From positions 8,570-72,569 of the forward strand of contig CAZUFC010000027.1 of assembly GCA_964619725.1 (NCBI GenBank): a stretch of 64,000 nt of DNA, given 5' to 3'. This stretch comes from an uncultured bacterium. GTDB taxonomy: Bacteria > CSSED10-310 > CAZUFC01. The position numbers were made by a program, and so were the translations under genes. Position 1 is the stretch's first letter. Each line of letters begins with the position of its first letter. Below are positions 38,105-48,182 of this stretch, piece by piece. Below the pieces are notes generated by a model. The model was not told where the DNA came from. It saw only the letters and a program-made list of their open reading frames with translations, and ran no database searches.

Positions 38105-40405
38105 TTAAAAGCCTTGCAATTCCTCCACCTGATTTTTAAGCGTTTCGACTTGTTGTGATAAGTCCTTGACGGCTTCCACCAGTACAGGAACGAGCTGTGA
38201 ATAGGAGACGGCCATATCGCCGTCGCATTTCATGGGATTCTCATCATAGTATTCAGCGACATCGGGGTCTAGTTTGATAGATTCATTCCCATCGGTGATG
38301 CGGATAATGGAGCTGTCGGGGAAGAGTTCAGCCAGTTCCTGAGCGGATAAGCCGTAATGCGTGCCCTGGGGCAGGCCTTTGTCTTCATTTTCTGATAGCC
38401 ACTCATAGGAGACGCCGTTGATTTTTTGAACGAGTTCGAGGGCGTTATCAATGGGGCGAACATTTTTCTGAAGCCTGGAGTCGGAAGCAATCCACAGTCC
38501 GTTGACGCAGGCGGGACCGGCGACGTGTAATTTGTAATTTTCGCTGGGGTAGACTCCGATTCCGGTATTCCCGCCGAAATGACAGCCGGCGTTTTTAAAA
38601 GCGGATTCAAAGGCAATATCGTCACCGCCCCAACCGCTGCCGGTGGCGGTGAAACCCCTCAGGAGTCTTCCGTTGTCATCGTCGATTCCAGCATAGAAGC
38701 CGTAATTGAAATAGGCGGGGAGGTCATCGGTGTGGTAGCCGCAATGAGCGCCTCCGCCGTTAGTATAGGCGCTGGAACCGTAGGCGGAAGCCCTGATGCA
38801 TACGCCCCAGGGTCGCGGAGAATCTGAAGTGGAAGTTATGACCGCTGTAATGGGATTCAAGGCGCTGGACCTTATGCCGTAGGTGTCGGCATAAGTATAG
38901 ACCCCGTAATAATCGCCGTAGGCATAGACGCCGGTGTTGCCGCCGTAGAAATATCCTCCCGTGGAATAACTGTATCCGTATACTCCCCGGTATCCGCCTT
39001 CGAAGTAGCCGCCGTATCCCCAATTGTCATAGGGCCAACTCCTTCCGTACACTGCGATTCCATCCGTATATGAATCATAGGTATATTCGGAGTGTATGAC
39101 GTGGGTCGTATCGCTTTCAACCTGCAACTGGTATGAGGGGGCAGAGGCGGAACCCAGGCCGGTTTTACCGGCAAGGTAATTCGATCCTGAACCGTTTGCG
39201 GAGATGTTATAACCCGGAGAGTCCACAAGCAGCTCCAGGGCCGTGTCGTCCGAGTCCTGGTTTGAAATGTGAATCGTGATGCCGCGGACCGCTGAACCTC
39301 CGTCGTCGTTAATGCCTGCGTATAAGCCATAGACGAATCCGCAACCTGAGGAGGAAGTAGTAATATCCGTACGATAGGCTCCCCCCGTCAGCGCTGAACC
39401 TGAGGCGTTCATTCCCGCCATGTAAGCCCAGGGTCTGTCATTGTCCGCCACGCTGACTTCAGAATAAATTCCCCGCTTGGCGCCGTCCACGTATAATTTG
39501 TATAAGCCGGTGCTTGAGCTGCCGATGCCGACGGTATCGCTGTTCGTCACCAGACTGACGGTTGAGCCTGAGTCGGTCCAACCGTTCCCCGGACCTGACG
39601 GACCGCGTGAACCGGTGGGACCTCGGGCTCCCGTGGGACCCATTGCGCCCGTGGGACCCTGGGGACCGCTGGGACCGCGACTTCCCGTCGGGCCGGAAGG
39701 TCCTCTTGAGCCCGCAGGACCAATAGGTCCGGACGGTCCGGAAGGTCCGCGCGCACCGGTAGGTCCCTGAGCGCCGGGTGAACCCGTTGGGCCGGAAGGA
39801 CCTCGGGAACCTGTCGCTCCAGCCGGTCCGGTGGGACCGGACGGTCCCGCAGGTCCTGTTGCTCCCGTTAATCCCATCGGTCCTGACGGTCCGGAAGGAC
39901 CCGACGGACCTGTGGGGCCTGCCAATCCCATCGCTTCACCGACCCATTCGCCCGAAGAATTTATTACCGTGCCGTACCCGGTTATGGATATGCTTTGAGG
40001 CGTTATATTTCGATCGAAAACGTCGTCGGCCTGTGCCGAACGATAAGACTGACCCGTGCTGGTTAATTTTAACCGGGGACTCATAGTTTCACCGTCCACG
40101 ATTATCTGAAGCCAGAATGTTCCATTGAAATTGACGTCTCCGGGGTCAATGGGATTCGCCGCACCCAATAATACATTGAAAATGCCGGCATTTACGCTGA
40201 CGTCGTTATGCGTTTCCTCCCAAAGCAAACTTCCCCCGAAAGGCGAATCGTATATTCTGAAAGTGAAATCAAAATTGCCCGTTTCCGGCTCCCCCATATT
40301 GTCCGTTAATGTTCCCTGATAATTGATCTGATAAGGGATTTCTGCATGAACCGCAACAGAAATTGAACAAATAAGAAATAAAATCAAAAATCCTCTAGCT
40401 CTCAT
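38105..40405 (-). CDS. Secreted collagen-like protein with C-terminal peptidase S74-type intramolecular chaperone domain
   Basis: Signal peptide, [10 protein letters not shown]-domain, 38 Gly-X-Y triplets, then [16 protein letters not shown]...YGLSAQEL...LVEAVKDL coiled coil. Confidence 0.85.
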   Translation of the reverse strand: MRARGFLILFLICSISVAVHAEIPYQINYQGTLTDNMGEPETGNFDFTFRIYDSPFGGSLLWEETHNDVSVNAGIFNVLLGAANPIDPGDVNFNGTFWLQIIVDGETMSPRLKLTSTGQSYRSAQADDVFDRNITPQSISITGYGTVINSSGEWVGEAMGLAGPTGPSGPSGPSGPMGLTGATGPAGPSGPTGPAGATGSRGPSGPTGSPGAQGPTGARGPSGPSGPIGPAGSRGPSGPTGSRGPSGPQGPTGAMGPTGARGPTGSRGPSGPGNGWTDSGSTVSLVTNSDTVGIGSSSTGLYKLYVDGAKRGIYSEVSVADNDRPWAYMAGMNASGSALTGGAYRTDITTSSSGCGFVYGLYAGINDDGGSAVRGITIHISNQDSDDTALELLVDSPGYNISANGSGSNYLAGKTGLGSASAPSYQLQVESDTTHVIHSEYTYDSYTDGIAVYGRSWPYDNWGYGGYFEGGYRGVYGYSYSTGGYFYGGNTGVYAYGDYYGVYTYADTYGIRSSALNPITAVITSTSDSPRPWGVCIRASAYGSSAYTNGGGAHCGYHTDDLPAYFNYGFYAGIDDDNGRLLRGFTATGSGWGGDDIAFESAFKNAGCHFGGNTGIGVYPSENYKLHVAGPACVNGLWIASDSRLQKNVRPIDNALELVQKINGVSYEWLSENEDKGLPQGTHYGLSAQELAELFPDSSIIRITDGNESIKLDPDVAEYYDENPMKCDGDMAVSYSQLVPVLVEAVKDLSQQVETLKNQVEELQGF

Positions 40406-40710
40406 ATTAATCCTCCTGATTGCTGAAGTTTCAATTCTGAACGAATATCTTTCCCGTCATCGAAATCGTGATCTCATGACCAATGCCCCCTTTCCAGGAA
40501 AAAACCGGCAAATGCCGAGTCAAAAATTTTTTCTGAAAAAAATATTTCTCTAAATCCAAAGCAGAATATTTATTATATAATTATCAGGAAGATGTCAATG
40601 CCGAACCAAGAAAAATTAAAGAAAAACATTTGTCCCAGGTGTTGCGGATCAAGTAATGATTTGATTCTGGAGCAAAAATTCGAAGCGCGAGTTCGTCCAG
40701 GCATTCCGGG

Positions 40711-41811
40711 TTAATAATGGGTTTGCGGACCTTCGCCGGTGCGAACTTTTTTGATAAAGACCAGGAGCAGGCTGAGAAATAATACAAGTATTAGTCGGGA
40801 TAAACCGTTTTCTGCCGGGACTTTTGGATTTTCAGGATCGGACGTCGGAGTTTTAATGAAGGTCGTGAAGAAGGTGTGCGTGGATGTTTGTGAGGCGGTC
40901 GGCGAAGCAGAAGGAGATGCCGTATGACTGGGTGAAAAGGAAGGAGTAGATGTTTGTGTTGAAGATGGGGACATTGTGGGCGATAGGGTAGGTGAAAGCG
41001 TTAGAGTTGGAGAGCTGCTTGGAGAGGATGTGGGTGTGAAGGTAGGCGAATGAGTGCAGGACGGTGAAAATGTCGGGGAATTGGTGACAGTGGGCGTAAG
41101 GGACGGTGATAGAGTAGGCGAAACTGTGGGCGTTCCTGTAGGCGACAGGGAAGAGGTTGGAGTGACTGAAGGGGAGAGCGTTGCGGTGCAGGTTGGGGTT
41201 TTTGTGGGAGTAGGCGTCCGTGTCGGCGTTCCGGTGGGAGTGCTGGAGGGTGTTCGCGTCGAAGTAGGCGTAGGCAGCGAACCCCAGGCTCTGAATTCGT
41301 AGAGGTAGTACTTAGAATAAGTCAAGTTGCCGCCGCCTCCCGATGCGAAAACTTTGATACGGGATACATTGTTCCAGGAGCCGTCTGCGGCGTCGGTGGT
41401 CGTGCCGAAATTTCCCGATCCGTTCATAACGGCATGCCAACTGCCGCCGTAAAAGAGAGAAACTTCCCACGTTCCGCCTCCATTTCCCGGCAGTTGATGA
41501 ACCAGTTCCACCCTAGTAACGTTATCCGCGGTCTGGCCGAAATCCACTTGAATCGTGTCGTCGAAAGCGCCGACAAAGGGATGCCCTTCGCATACCAAAC
41601 TGGTCCCGGCGTTATCGTCTCTTACATTATTGGGATTGCCGCTATAATAACCGCCCAGAATGGAATTAGCTGCTGCGGAAGCTGATGCTCCGGGTTGAAT
41701 CGACCAGTTGACGGCAGCCGTCGATATTGCAGCGGAATCGAGAGTCAGAACGGTCAAAAAGAGCAAGATTCTGAGAAAAATTTTTTCCGTAAAGTCAGGG
41801 AATTTCATCAT
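40711..41811 (-). CDS. Secreted protein with long Ser/Thr/Pro linker and CTERM-like tail
   Basis: Signal peptide, small globular domain, about 150 aa of SPT repeats, and tail VPAENG-TM-KKVR. Confidence 0.75.
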   Translation of the reverse strand: MMKFPDFTEKIFLRILLFLTVLTLDSAAISTAAVNWSIQPGASASAAANSILGGYYSGNPNNVRDDNAGTSLVCEGHPFVGAFDDTIQVDFGQTADNVTRVELVHQLPGNGGGTWEVSLFYGGSWHAVMNGSGNFGTTTDAADGSWNNVSRIKVFASGGGGNLTYSKYYLYEFRAWGSLPTPTSTRTPSSTPTGTPTRTPTPTKTPTCTATLSPSVTPTSSLSPTGTPTVSPTLSPSLTPTVTNSPTFSPSCTHSPTFTPTSSPSSSPTLTLSPTLSPTMSPSSTQTSTPSFSPSHTASPSASPTASQTSTHTFFTTFIKTPTSDPENPKVPAENGLSRLILVLFLSLLLVFIKKVRTGEGPQTHY

Positions 41812-42059
41812 AAGACGCCTCTTTATCGCTTTTTTTCTTATAAAAAATGCGCTTACAGAAAAGTGACTAATCAACGATGCTTTTTAGCAGACAACAATGG
41901 GAAAGTCAAACCGGAAAAATTCTGAAACATACTGGTTTCAATATATTTAACGTCTTCGGCTTACTTGTCGTTCCTGCGCGGCTTCTCTGGAGATTTTTAG
42001 GCATTGATCAAAAAAGCGTCTTTTGAGATTACAATTCGACAGAATCTCCCATCATTTTG

Positions 42060-42148
42060 TTTCAATTGCGATCCAGGTCCCGGCCCCGATCACTGAAACA
42101 AATCGTCAAGAGATTTGAAAGAAGCGTAACGCCTGTTTGATCAGTCCC
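42060..42148 (+). repeat. ~90-bp repeat arm ending in TGATCAGTCCC
   Basis: Similar to arms at 2098-2185, 57727-57815, 61256-61345 and 61840-61924. Confidence 0.65.
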
Positions 42149-42320
42149 GGTTTTACTCCTGGACCAGGGAAGTCAACGGCAATGATTACAGTCCTGGACA
42201 CTCATTGAATTTTTTCAGTTAATTAGAGGAGTTTATGGATTGACATGAGAGGAAGGATAAAGGATATTCAGCAGGGAAAGTGTTTGCCGCGGTAACGGCG
42301 GCTTAAAGCGAGGCATATCA

Positions 42321-44480
42321 ATGAAAATAGCATTAGTATATAATCGTGAGAGCAAAAACGTGATAAATTTATTCGGTGTTCCGAACCGGGAAAAGTATGG
42401 AAAGAGGACGATCAAGAAAATAACGGATGCGTTGAAGAAGGGCGGGCATCAGGTTAAGACGCTGGAGGCGGATAAGATGCTGATTCCGAACCTGGAGAAA
42501 TTCATGCCCAGGGCGATAAAGGGAGAGTCTCCGGGAATGGTTTTCAACGTATCGTACGGGATACAGGGACAGGCGCGTTATACGCATGTTCCGAGCATAC
42601 TGGAGATGATCGGGATACCTTATACAGGATCGGGTCCGGTAGCTCATTCGCTGGCGTTGGATAAAGTAGTGGCGAAGATGGTTTTCATCCAGCACGGACT
42701 GCCGACGCCGGATTTTGCAGTGCTGGAATCGTCATCGTTTGAGGTTCCGGCATTATCTTTTCCGATGATAGTGAAGCCCAAGAATGAAGCAGTTTCGTTC
42801 GGTTTAAGGATAGTCAACGACGAAAAAGAGTTGCGTGAGGCGGCGGAATTTATATTCAAAGAATACCAGGAAGCGGTGCTGGTGGAGGAATATATAGAAG
42901 GTCGTGAGATCAACGTCGGACTGTTGGGTAATGATCCGATTAAGGCGCTTCCGCCGGTGGAGCTGATTTTTGAGGAGGGAGCGCCGCGAATATACACTTA
43001 TGAGGACAAGGTGCATCGTTCCGGGCGGAATATAGGTCTGCAATGTCCTGCAGACATCGGGGAGGAGGCTCGGACGAGGGCGGTGAATCTTGCTGTGAAG
43101 GCATTCAAGGCTCTGGAGTGTCGTGATTTCGCCAGAATAGACATGCGCATGAATGCTGAGGGAGAATTTTACATTCTCGAGATCAACAGTTTAGCCAGTT
43201 TAGGAGAGGGCAGTTCATACGTGCGTGCGGCCCAGGAGATCGGAATGGACTATCCGGCCTTGATCAATCGAATAGTGGAGATAGCTCGATCGAGGTATTC
43301 GGGAGTTCCGGACGATGGGGGTCGCATATATTCCGATAAAATTCAAGATTCGGACATAGGGTTCGAATACATTACGCGTCGTCGGGATCAAATAGAAAAA
43401 CGGCTCAATCAATGGTGCGACATTTCCGGGAGGACGGACGATCCTGTGGGAATCAGCGCTGCTGCCGGGGAATTAGGAGCAACCATGCGGGAACTCAAAA
43501 TGCTGCCTGTGGAGCAATATACGGATGACAGATTCGTATGGACGTGGGCAACGAAATGCGGGTTTGAAGGAGGAACGCTTCTCATCGCTCATCTGGATGT
43601 TCCGCGTCGTTCAAGCGCTCCTTTCCAGCGTTTTCATCGAGACCCCGAGCATCTGTATGGAGAAGGAATAGGGGCAGGCCGGGCTTCTCTTGTCGCTGTC
43701 GAGTATGCCTTGCGCGTTTTAAGACGAATGAAAAAACTGGATCGCAAGCGAGTGGGATTCTTCGTGTATGCTGATGAAGGCTTATCGGCCCGTTACAGCG
43801 AAAAAACCATCAGAACAGTTTCATCCAAGGCGGGACGAGTCCTCGTTTTACGACCGGGCAATTCCGGAGACAAGGTGATAACGCAACGCAGAGGCCGGGC
43901 CAGGTATCGTCTTTCCATTCAAGGAGCTCCGCTGAAGCTGGGTCAGACGCCGGTTTCAAAAAGTTCAGAACCCCTGGTCTGGTGGTCGGCCAAACTTCTG
44001 GAACTCTCTTCGCTGACGAATAAACCGAAAAGAATAGCCGTCTCGGCGGGCGACATCCGGGTTGAGGGTTTTCCCATGCGACTGCCTCATCGGGTTACGG
44101 TTGAGCTGAACATTGGTTATTATGATGAAGCCGATCATAATGATACGCTGGCAAAAATAAAAAATATCCTGGGTGAAAAGAACGCAGGCATACACTGGAG
44201 ACTAGACGAGATGTCCAATCGTCCGCCCATGAAGGAACGAAAAATCAACAAGGATTTGTTGAATGCCGTCAGGAAGGCGGGGGAGGAGATGGAGATACCC
44301 GTGAATATGACGTCTTCTCTTTGGCCATCTGTGGCGGGATTGGTCCCGAAACTTGTGCCTGTCGTATGCGGAATGGGTCCTGTTGCTGAGAATCTTTATA
44401 CTCCTTATGAGAGCGTTCAACGGATAAGTTTGATTCAACGGATTTTATTGCTTACCCGGTTTTTAATTGAGGTATCATGA
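42321..44480 (+). CDS. D-Ala-D-Ala-ligase-like ATP-grasp domain fused to a degenerate M20 peptidase-like domain
   Basis: LEMIGIPYTGS, PMIVKP, VEEYIEGRE, ARIDMR and LEIN (ATP-grasp), followed by AHLDV, YADEG and CGMGP (M20-like). Confidence 0.8.
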   Translation: MKIALVYNRESKNVINLFGVPNREKYGKRTIKKITDALKKGGHQVKTLEADKMLIPNLEKFMPRAIKGESPGMVFNVSYGIQGQARYTHVPSILEMIGIPYTGSGPVAHSLALDKVVAKMVFIQHGLPTPDFAVLESSSFEVPALSFPMIVKPKNEAVSFGLRIVNDEKELREAAEFIFKEYQEAVLVEEYIEGREINVGLLGNDPIKALPPVELIFEEGAPRIYTYEDKVHRSGRNIGLQCPADIGEEARTRAVNLAVKAFKALECRDFARIDMRMNAEGEFYILEINSLASLGEGSSYVRAAQEIGMDYPALINRIVEIARSRYSGVPDDGGRIYSDKIQDSDIGFEYITRRRDQIEKRLNQWCDISGRTDDPVGISAAAGELGATMRELKMLPVEQYTDDRFVWTWATKCGFEGGTLLIAHLDVPRRSSAPFQRFHRDPEHLYGEGIGAGRASLVAVEYALRVLRRMKKLDRKRVGFFVYADEGLSARYSEKTIRTVSSKAGRVLVLRPGNSGDKVITQRRGRARYRLSIQGAPLKLGQTPVSKSSEPLVWWSAKLLELSSLTNKPKRIAVSAGDIRVEGFPMRLPHRVTVELNIGYYDEADHNDTLAKIKNILGEKNAGIHWRLDEMSNRPPMKERKINKDLLNAVRKAGEEMEIPVNMTSSLWPSVAGLVPKLVPVVCGMGPVAENLYTPYESVQRISLIQRILLLTRFLIEVS

Positions 44481-46060
44481 TGCCGAAAACAGAGAATGAG
44501 ACGGATTTCTGGCCTCAAAGAATAGCCACGGCTAAAAGGTGCATGGCGTCGACGCAACATTATGAAGCTACGAATGCAGCGGTTGAAGTCATGGAGGAGG
44601 GCGGCAACGCTTTTGATGCCGCAGCCGCAGCAGCCTTCGCTCTTTGCGTTTGCGAACCGAATGCAAGCGGTTTAGGCGGCCAGACTATGATGCAGATTTA
44701 TCTGGCCGGGGAGAACAAAACCTTTTCGCTTGACGGTTCCTCCCGGGTCCCAAGCCGGGCGGTGGCTGAATTTTTGCCGCGTAAATCCATGCGGTTGAGG
44801 GGTTACCGGGCGACCACAGTGCCGACGACCCCTGCTGTGTTGCAATACATAGTGGAGCGGTACGGGAGGTTGTCTTTTTCCCGTATTTTGGAGCCGGCGA
44901 TAAGGCTGGCGGAAAAGGGTTACAAGATAAGCCGGTTGCAGCACGATCTTCAAAAGAGAGAAAATGAACACTGGGCAGAAGGCAACGCCGGCGATTTTTT
45001 TCTTAAAGACGGAAAAGAACCTTTCCCGGAAGGAAGCCTGTTCAGGCAGCCGGTATTGGCGGGAACGCTGAAACTGTTATCTTCAAAAGGAATTGAGGAA
45101 TTCTATAACGGTGAAATAGCGGCGATAATTGAACAGGATATGATTGAAAATGACGGTTTTATTCGAAGGGATGATCTGGCCAATATTCCTTATCCCATAG
45201 AGCGTCGCCCTATATCCTGCCGATTTCAGGGAATGCGCGTTTTGTCTTTTCCGCCGCCGGGCGCCGGGCGTACCCTGGTGGAAATGCTCAACATATTGAA
45301 TCAATTTCAACCCCGGCAATACGACCCGGATGACGTTAAAGGGGCCTTGCTGCTGGCGGAGATCATAAGACGGTCGCAACTGGACAGAAGAGACCGTCCG
45401 TTCGATCCGAGTTTTTATCCTCAAGTGCAGGACAGAAGAATGATCAGCGCTGAATACGCCAGGCTGGTTGCCGGGCAAATACGGGGAAGATTGAAAAAAG
45501 GAAGCGGCGAAACCACTCACTTGTCCGTTATGGACGGTGAAGGCAACATAGCCGCATTGACTCAGTCGATTGAAAGAGCCTACGGGTCATTCGTGGTCTC
45601 GCCTAAACTGGGATTCCTTTACAACAACTATATGAGCGCTTTCGATTACAAGGACATCACACATCCTTATTACCTCAGACCGAACAGCGTTCCTTGGGCT
45701 TCCGTGGCTCCGACCATCGTTTTCAAGCGGAAAAAGCCTTTCATCGTCATTGGTTCTCCGGGAAGCGAAAGAATCGCATCCTCCATTCTGCAGGTATTGA
45801 TTCGCTTGCATCATCAGTCGCCTCTCGATGCCGTGACAGCGCCGCGCTTTCATTGCTCTATTGCCGGAAAGGTTTCGCTGGAATATTCCAGAATAAGAAC
45901 AGATATTTCAGGCGCGCTGGAAAAAAGAGGTTTTACTTTAGTCAGGAAAGAGCCTTTTTCTTTTTACCTGGGAAGCGTCCAGCTTGTCATGAAGTCGGGC
46001 AAAAGAATCATCGGCGTGGCTGATCCGAGACGAGACGGTTCCGCGGGCGGTCTGGACTGA
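44477..46060 (+). CDS. ggt: Gamma-glutamyltransferase family protein
   Basis: GGNAFDAA, SGLGG, ETTHLSVMD (nucleophile Thr), GSPG and GVADPRRDG motifs. ATGA overlap with the upstream gene. Confidence 0.88.
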   Translation: MMPKTENETDFWPQRIATAKRCMASTQHYEATNAAVEVMEEGGNAFDAAAAAAFALCVCEPNASGLGGQTMMQIYLAGENKTFSLDGSSRVPSRAVAEFLPRKSMRLRGYRATTVPTTPAVLQYIVERYGRLSFSRILEPAIRLAEKGYKISRLQHDLQKRENEHWAEGNAGDFFLKDGKEPFPEGSLFRQPVLAGTLKLLSSKGIEEFYNGEIAAIIEQDMIENDGFIRRDDLANIPYPIERRPISCRFQGMRVLSFPPPGAGRTLVEMLNILNQFQPRQYDPDDVKGALLLAEIIRRSQLDRRDRPFDPSFYPQVQDRRMISAEYARLVAGQIRGRLKKGSGETTHLSVMDGEGNIAALTQSIERAYGSFVVSPKLGFLYNNYMSAFDYKDITHPYYLRPNSVPWASVAPTIVFKRKKPFIVIGSPGSERIASSILQVLIRLHHQSPLDAVTAPRFHCSIAGKVSLEYSRIRTDISGALEKRGFTLVRKEPFSFYLGSVQLVMKSGKRIIGVADPRRDGSAGGLD

Positions 46061-46255
46061 CACGGGTTGCCGGCGATGCGCCTATAAACGGCAAAGAGCC
46101 GCGTCAGTTGACTATATTCCGGCGGCAGCGCTGAAAACCTCCGCTTACATTTCTTGTAATAATCGATCATTGGTGATAAATTTGCAAAGCTTCCGGACGC
46201 CTGACGGCAGGATGCGTCCTTTCACCGGTTGACTTATCATCAAAAGGAGAAAAGA

Positions 46256-48166
46256 GTGAGAAAAACTCTGATGGTCAATAGCGTTTTTCTATTGCTGATC
46301 GTTTTTTCAGGGGCTGTGGCCGCCGGCGTTCAGCCAAATGTTGAGGAATATCAGACAAAATATCCTGACGCTCATTCAATCACATTGCAGGAGGAAACCT
46401 CATTCGATGTCGCAGCCGACGGCACATATATTTACAATTACCATCTGAAGAACCTGATATTGACGCAGAACGGCATAGATCAGGAGTCAACATTTGAAGA
46501 GGGATACTACAAGCTTTACGATACGGTCGAAATAGAAGAGGCGCAAGTCGTGCATCCCGACGGTACGGTTGTTCCTGTAGACGAAGAAAATATTAAAGAC
46601 ATTCCTATGCCTGCATTCGGTCCATTTTTTATGGAAAATATCAGAATGATCATCGTGACGTTTCCCAATTTATCACCGGGATGCATTACGGAAATACGCG
46701 TGAAGGGATCACGGAACGCTCCTCCCATGGATGACGTTTTTTCATATACGACGGCTCTTCATACATTCAAACCCGTTTTGTCTTCATTGTTGACGATAAT
46801 GGCGCCGGAAAGCATGAATCTGCAATGGAAAGTTTACCGGGGTGATATTGAGTTCGGGCAAAAAGAGATGGAAGATAAAACAGCTTATACCTGGACGGTT
46901 GAAGATGCGCCGCAGGTCATATGGGAAAGCGGCATGCCCTCCTTTATGGAGGTTGTCCCGGTATTGACCGTAACGACCATTGATTCCTGGAAGACCATTT
47001 CAAGTTGGTATCATGACCTTTGTTTGAAAGATGCGGAAATAACGGGTGAATTAAGGGCAGTAATTGAGGAAGCCGTCAAGGGCGCTGGTACGACGGCGGA
47101 GAAGATAGAGGGTTGTTTCTACTGGGTGTCGGAGAACATCCGGTATGTGGAGACGGCTATGACGGGTGAGAAGGCGGGATTCAAGCCCGATCCGCCTTCA
47201 GTAATATTGCACAATCGCTACGGCGTCTGCCGGGACAAGGCGCATTTGCTGGCCTGTATGTTGAGAGAGATAGGCATTGAAGCCGCTGAGACGCTGATCA
47301 CTGCAGGAACGAAAATCGACGTCGATCTTCCGACTCTGAATTTCAATCACGCCATCACCGCGGTTCGTGACGCGGAAGGCGAATGGTATTTCATCGATCC
47401 GACGGTTGAAGACTCAAAGGACTTCCTGGCAAGCTCCGACCAGGATAAATGGGCGCTGATATGCACGAAAGAGGGCGAAGATATCACACTGACGCCTCTT
47501 TTGCCGCCTGAGAATAATATATGCCGGGTCCGGCTGCAGAATAAACTGGATGATCAGGGAAACCTCACCGGCTCGGTTGAATGGACTATGGCGGGTATGG
47601 CGGATTTCTTCGCTCGCAGTTTCCTGAAAAGGATGCCTCCCATGAAGCGTGAAGAAATGATAAAGCGAATGATCAGAGAAATATCGCCGCATGCCGAAGT
47701 AGTTTCCATGGACGTTTCTGATCCTGAAGATATGTCACGATATATGAGAATCGCTATTGAGTATTCAGCGCCTGATTTTGCCGTCTCAGCAGGAAAATAT
47801 CTTATTCTGCCTATTACCGCTCATGAAGCTTCATTTGACTTCCTGGCCGGTTTCATATTCTGGGGCACGGACCTGACGGACCGAAAATATCCTCTGCACA
47901 TCGGCTCTACATACCTTTCCGTCATTGATGAACAACTCGAATTGCCGAAGGGTTATCAAGTGAAGTCCATCCCGGAAAACAGGAAAATCGAACATCAAAA
48001 TATGGCGCTGCTGGTTGATTACGCCCACGAAGGCGATGTATTTAATTTTCACAAAGAGATGCGCGTCGCAGATACTTATTTTGAAGGGGAAAGTTTTAAA
48101 AATCTTGTCGATCTTTTGACGCAAAACGAGCATATGAGCGAAGGAAAGATCATTTGCGTTCAGTGA
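46256..48166 (+). CDS. Exported DUF3857/transglutaminase-like protein, catalytic triad intact
   Basis: Signal peptide; NIRYV, GVCRDKA, FNHAI and FIDPT motifs. Confidence 0.82.
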   Translation: MRKTLMVNSVFLLLIVFSGAVAAGVQPNVEEYQTKYPDAHSITLQEETSFDVAADGTYIYNYHLKNLILTQNGIDQESTFEEGYYKLYDTVEIEEAQVVHPDGTVVPVDEENIKDIPMPAFGPFFMENIRMIIVTFPNLSPGCITEIRVKGSRNAPPMDDVFSYTTALHTFKPVLSSLLTIMAPESMNLQWKVYRGDIEFGQKEMEDKTAYTWTVEDAPQVIWESGMPSFMEVVPVLTVTTIDSWKTISSWYHDLCLKDAEITGELRAVIEEAVKGAGTTAEKIEGCFYWVSENIRYVETAMTGEKAGFKPDPPSVILHNRYGVCRDKAHLLACMLREIGIEAAETLITAGTKIDVDLPTLNFNHAITAVRDAEGEWYFIDPTVEDSKDFLASSDQDKWALICTKEGEDITLTPLLPPENNICRVRLQNKLDDQGNLTGSVEWTMAGMADFFARSFLKRMPPMKREEMIKRMIREISPHAEVVSMDVSDPEDMSRYMRIAIEYSAPDFAVSAGKYLILPITAHEASFDFLAGFIFWGTDLTDRKYPLHIGSTYLSVIDEQLELPKGYQVKSIPENRKIEHQNMALLVDYAHEGDVFNFHKEMRVADTYFEGESFKNLVDLLTQNEHMSEGKIICVQ

Positions 48167-48182
48167 GCGCCTGGGAGGAAAA

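Noticed and set aside
38105-40405. Prophage tail fibre
   Set aside because: The protein has a signal peptide and there are no neighbouring phage genes.
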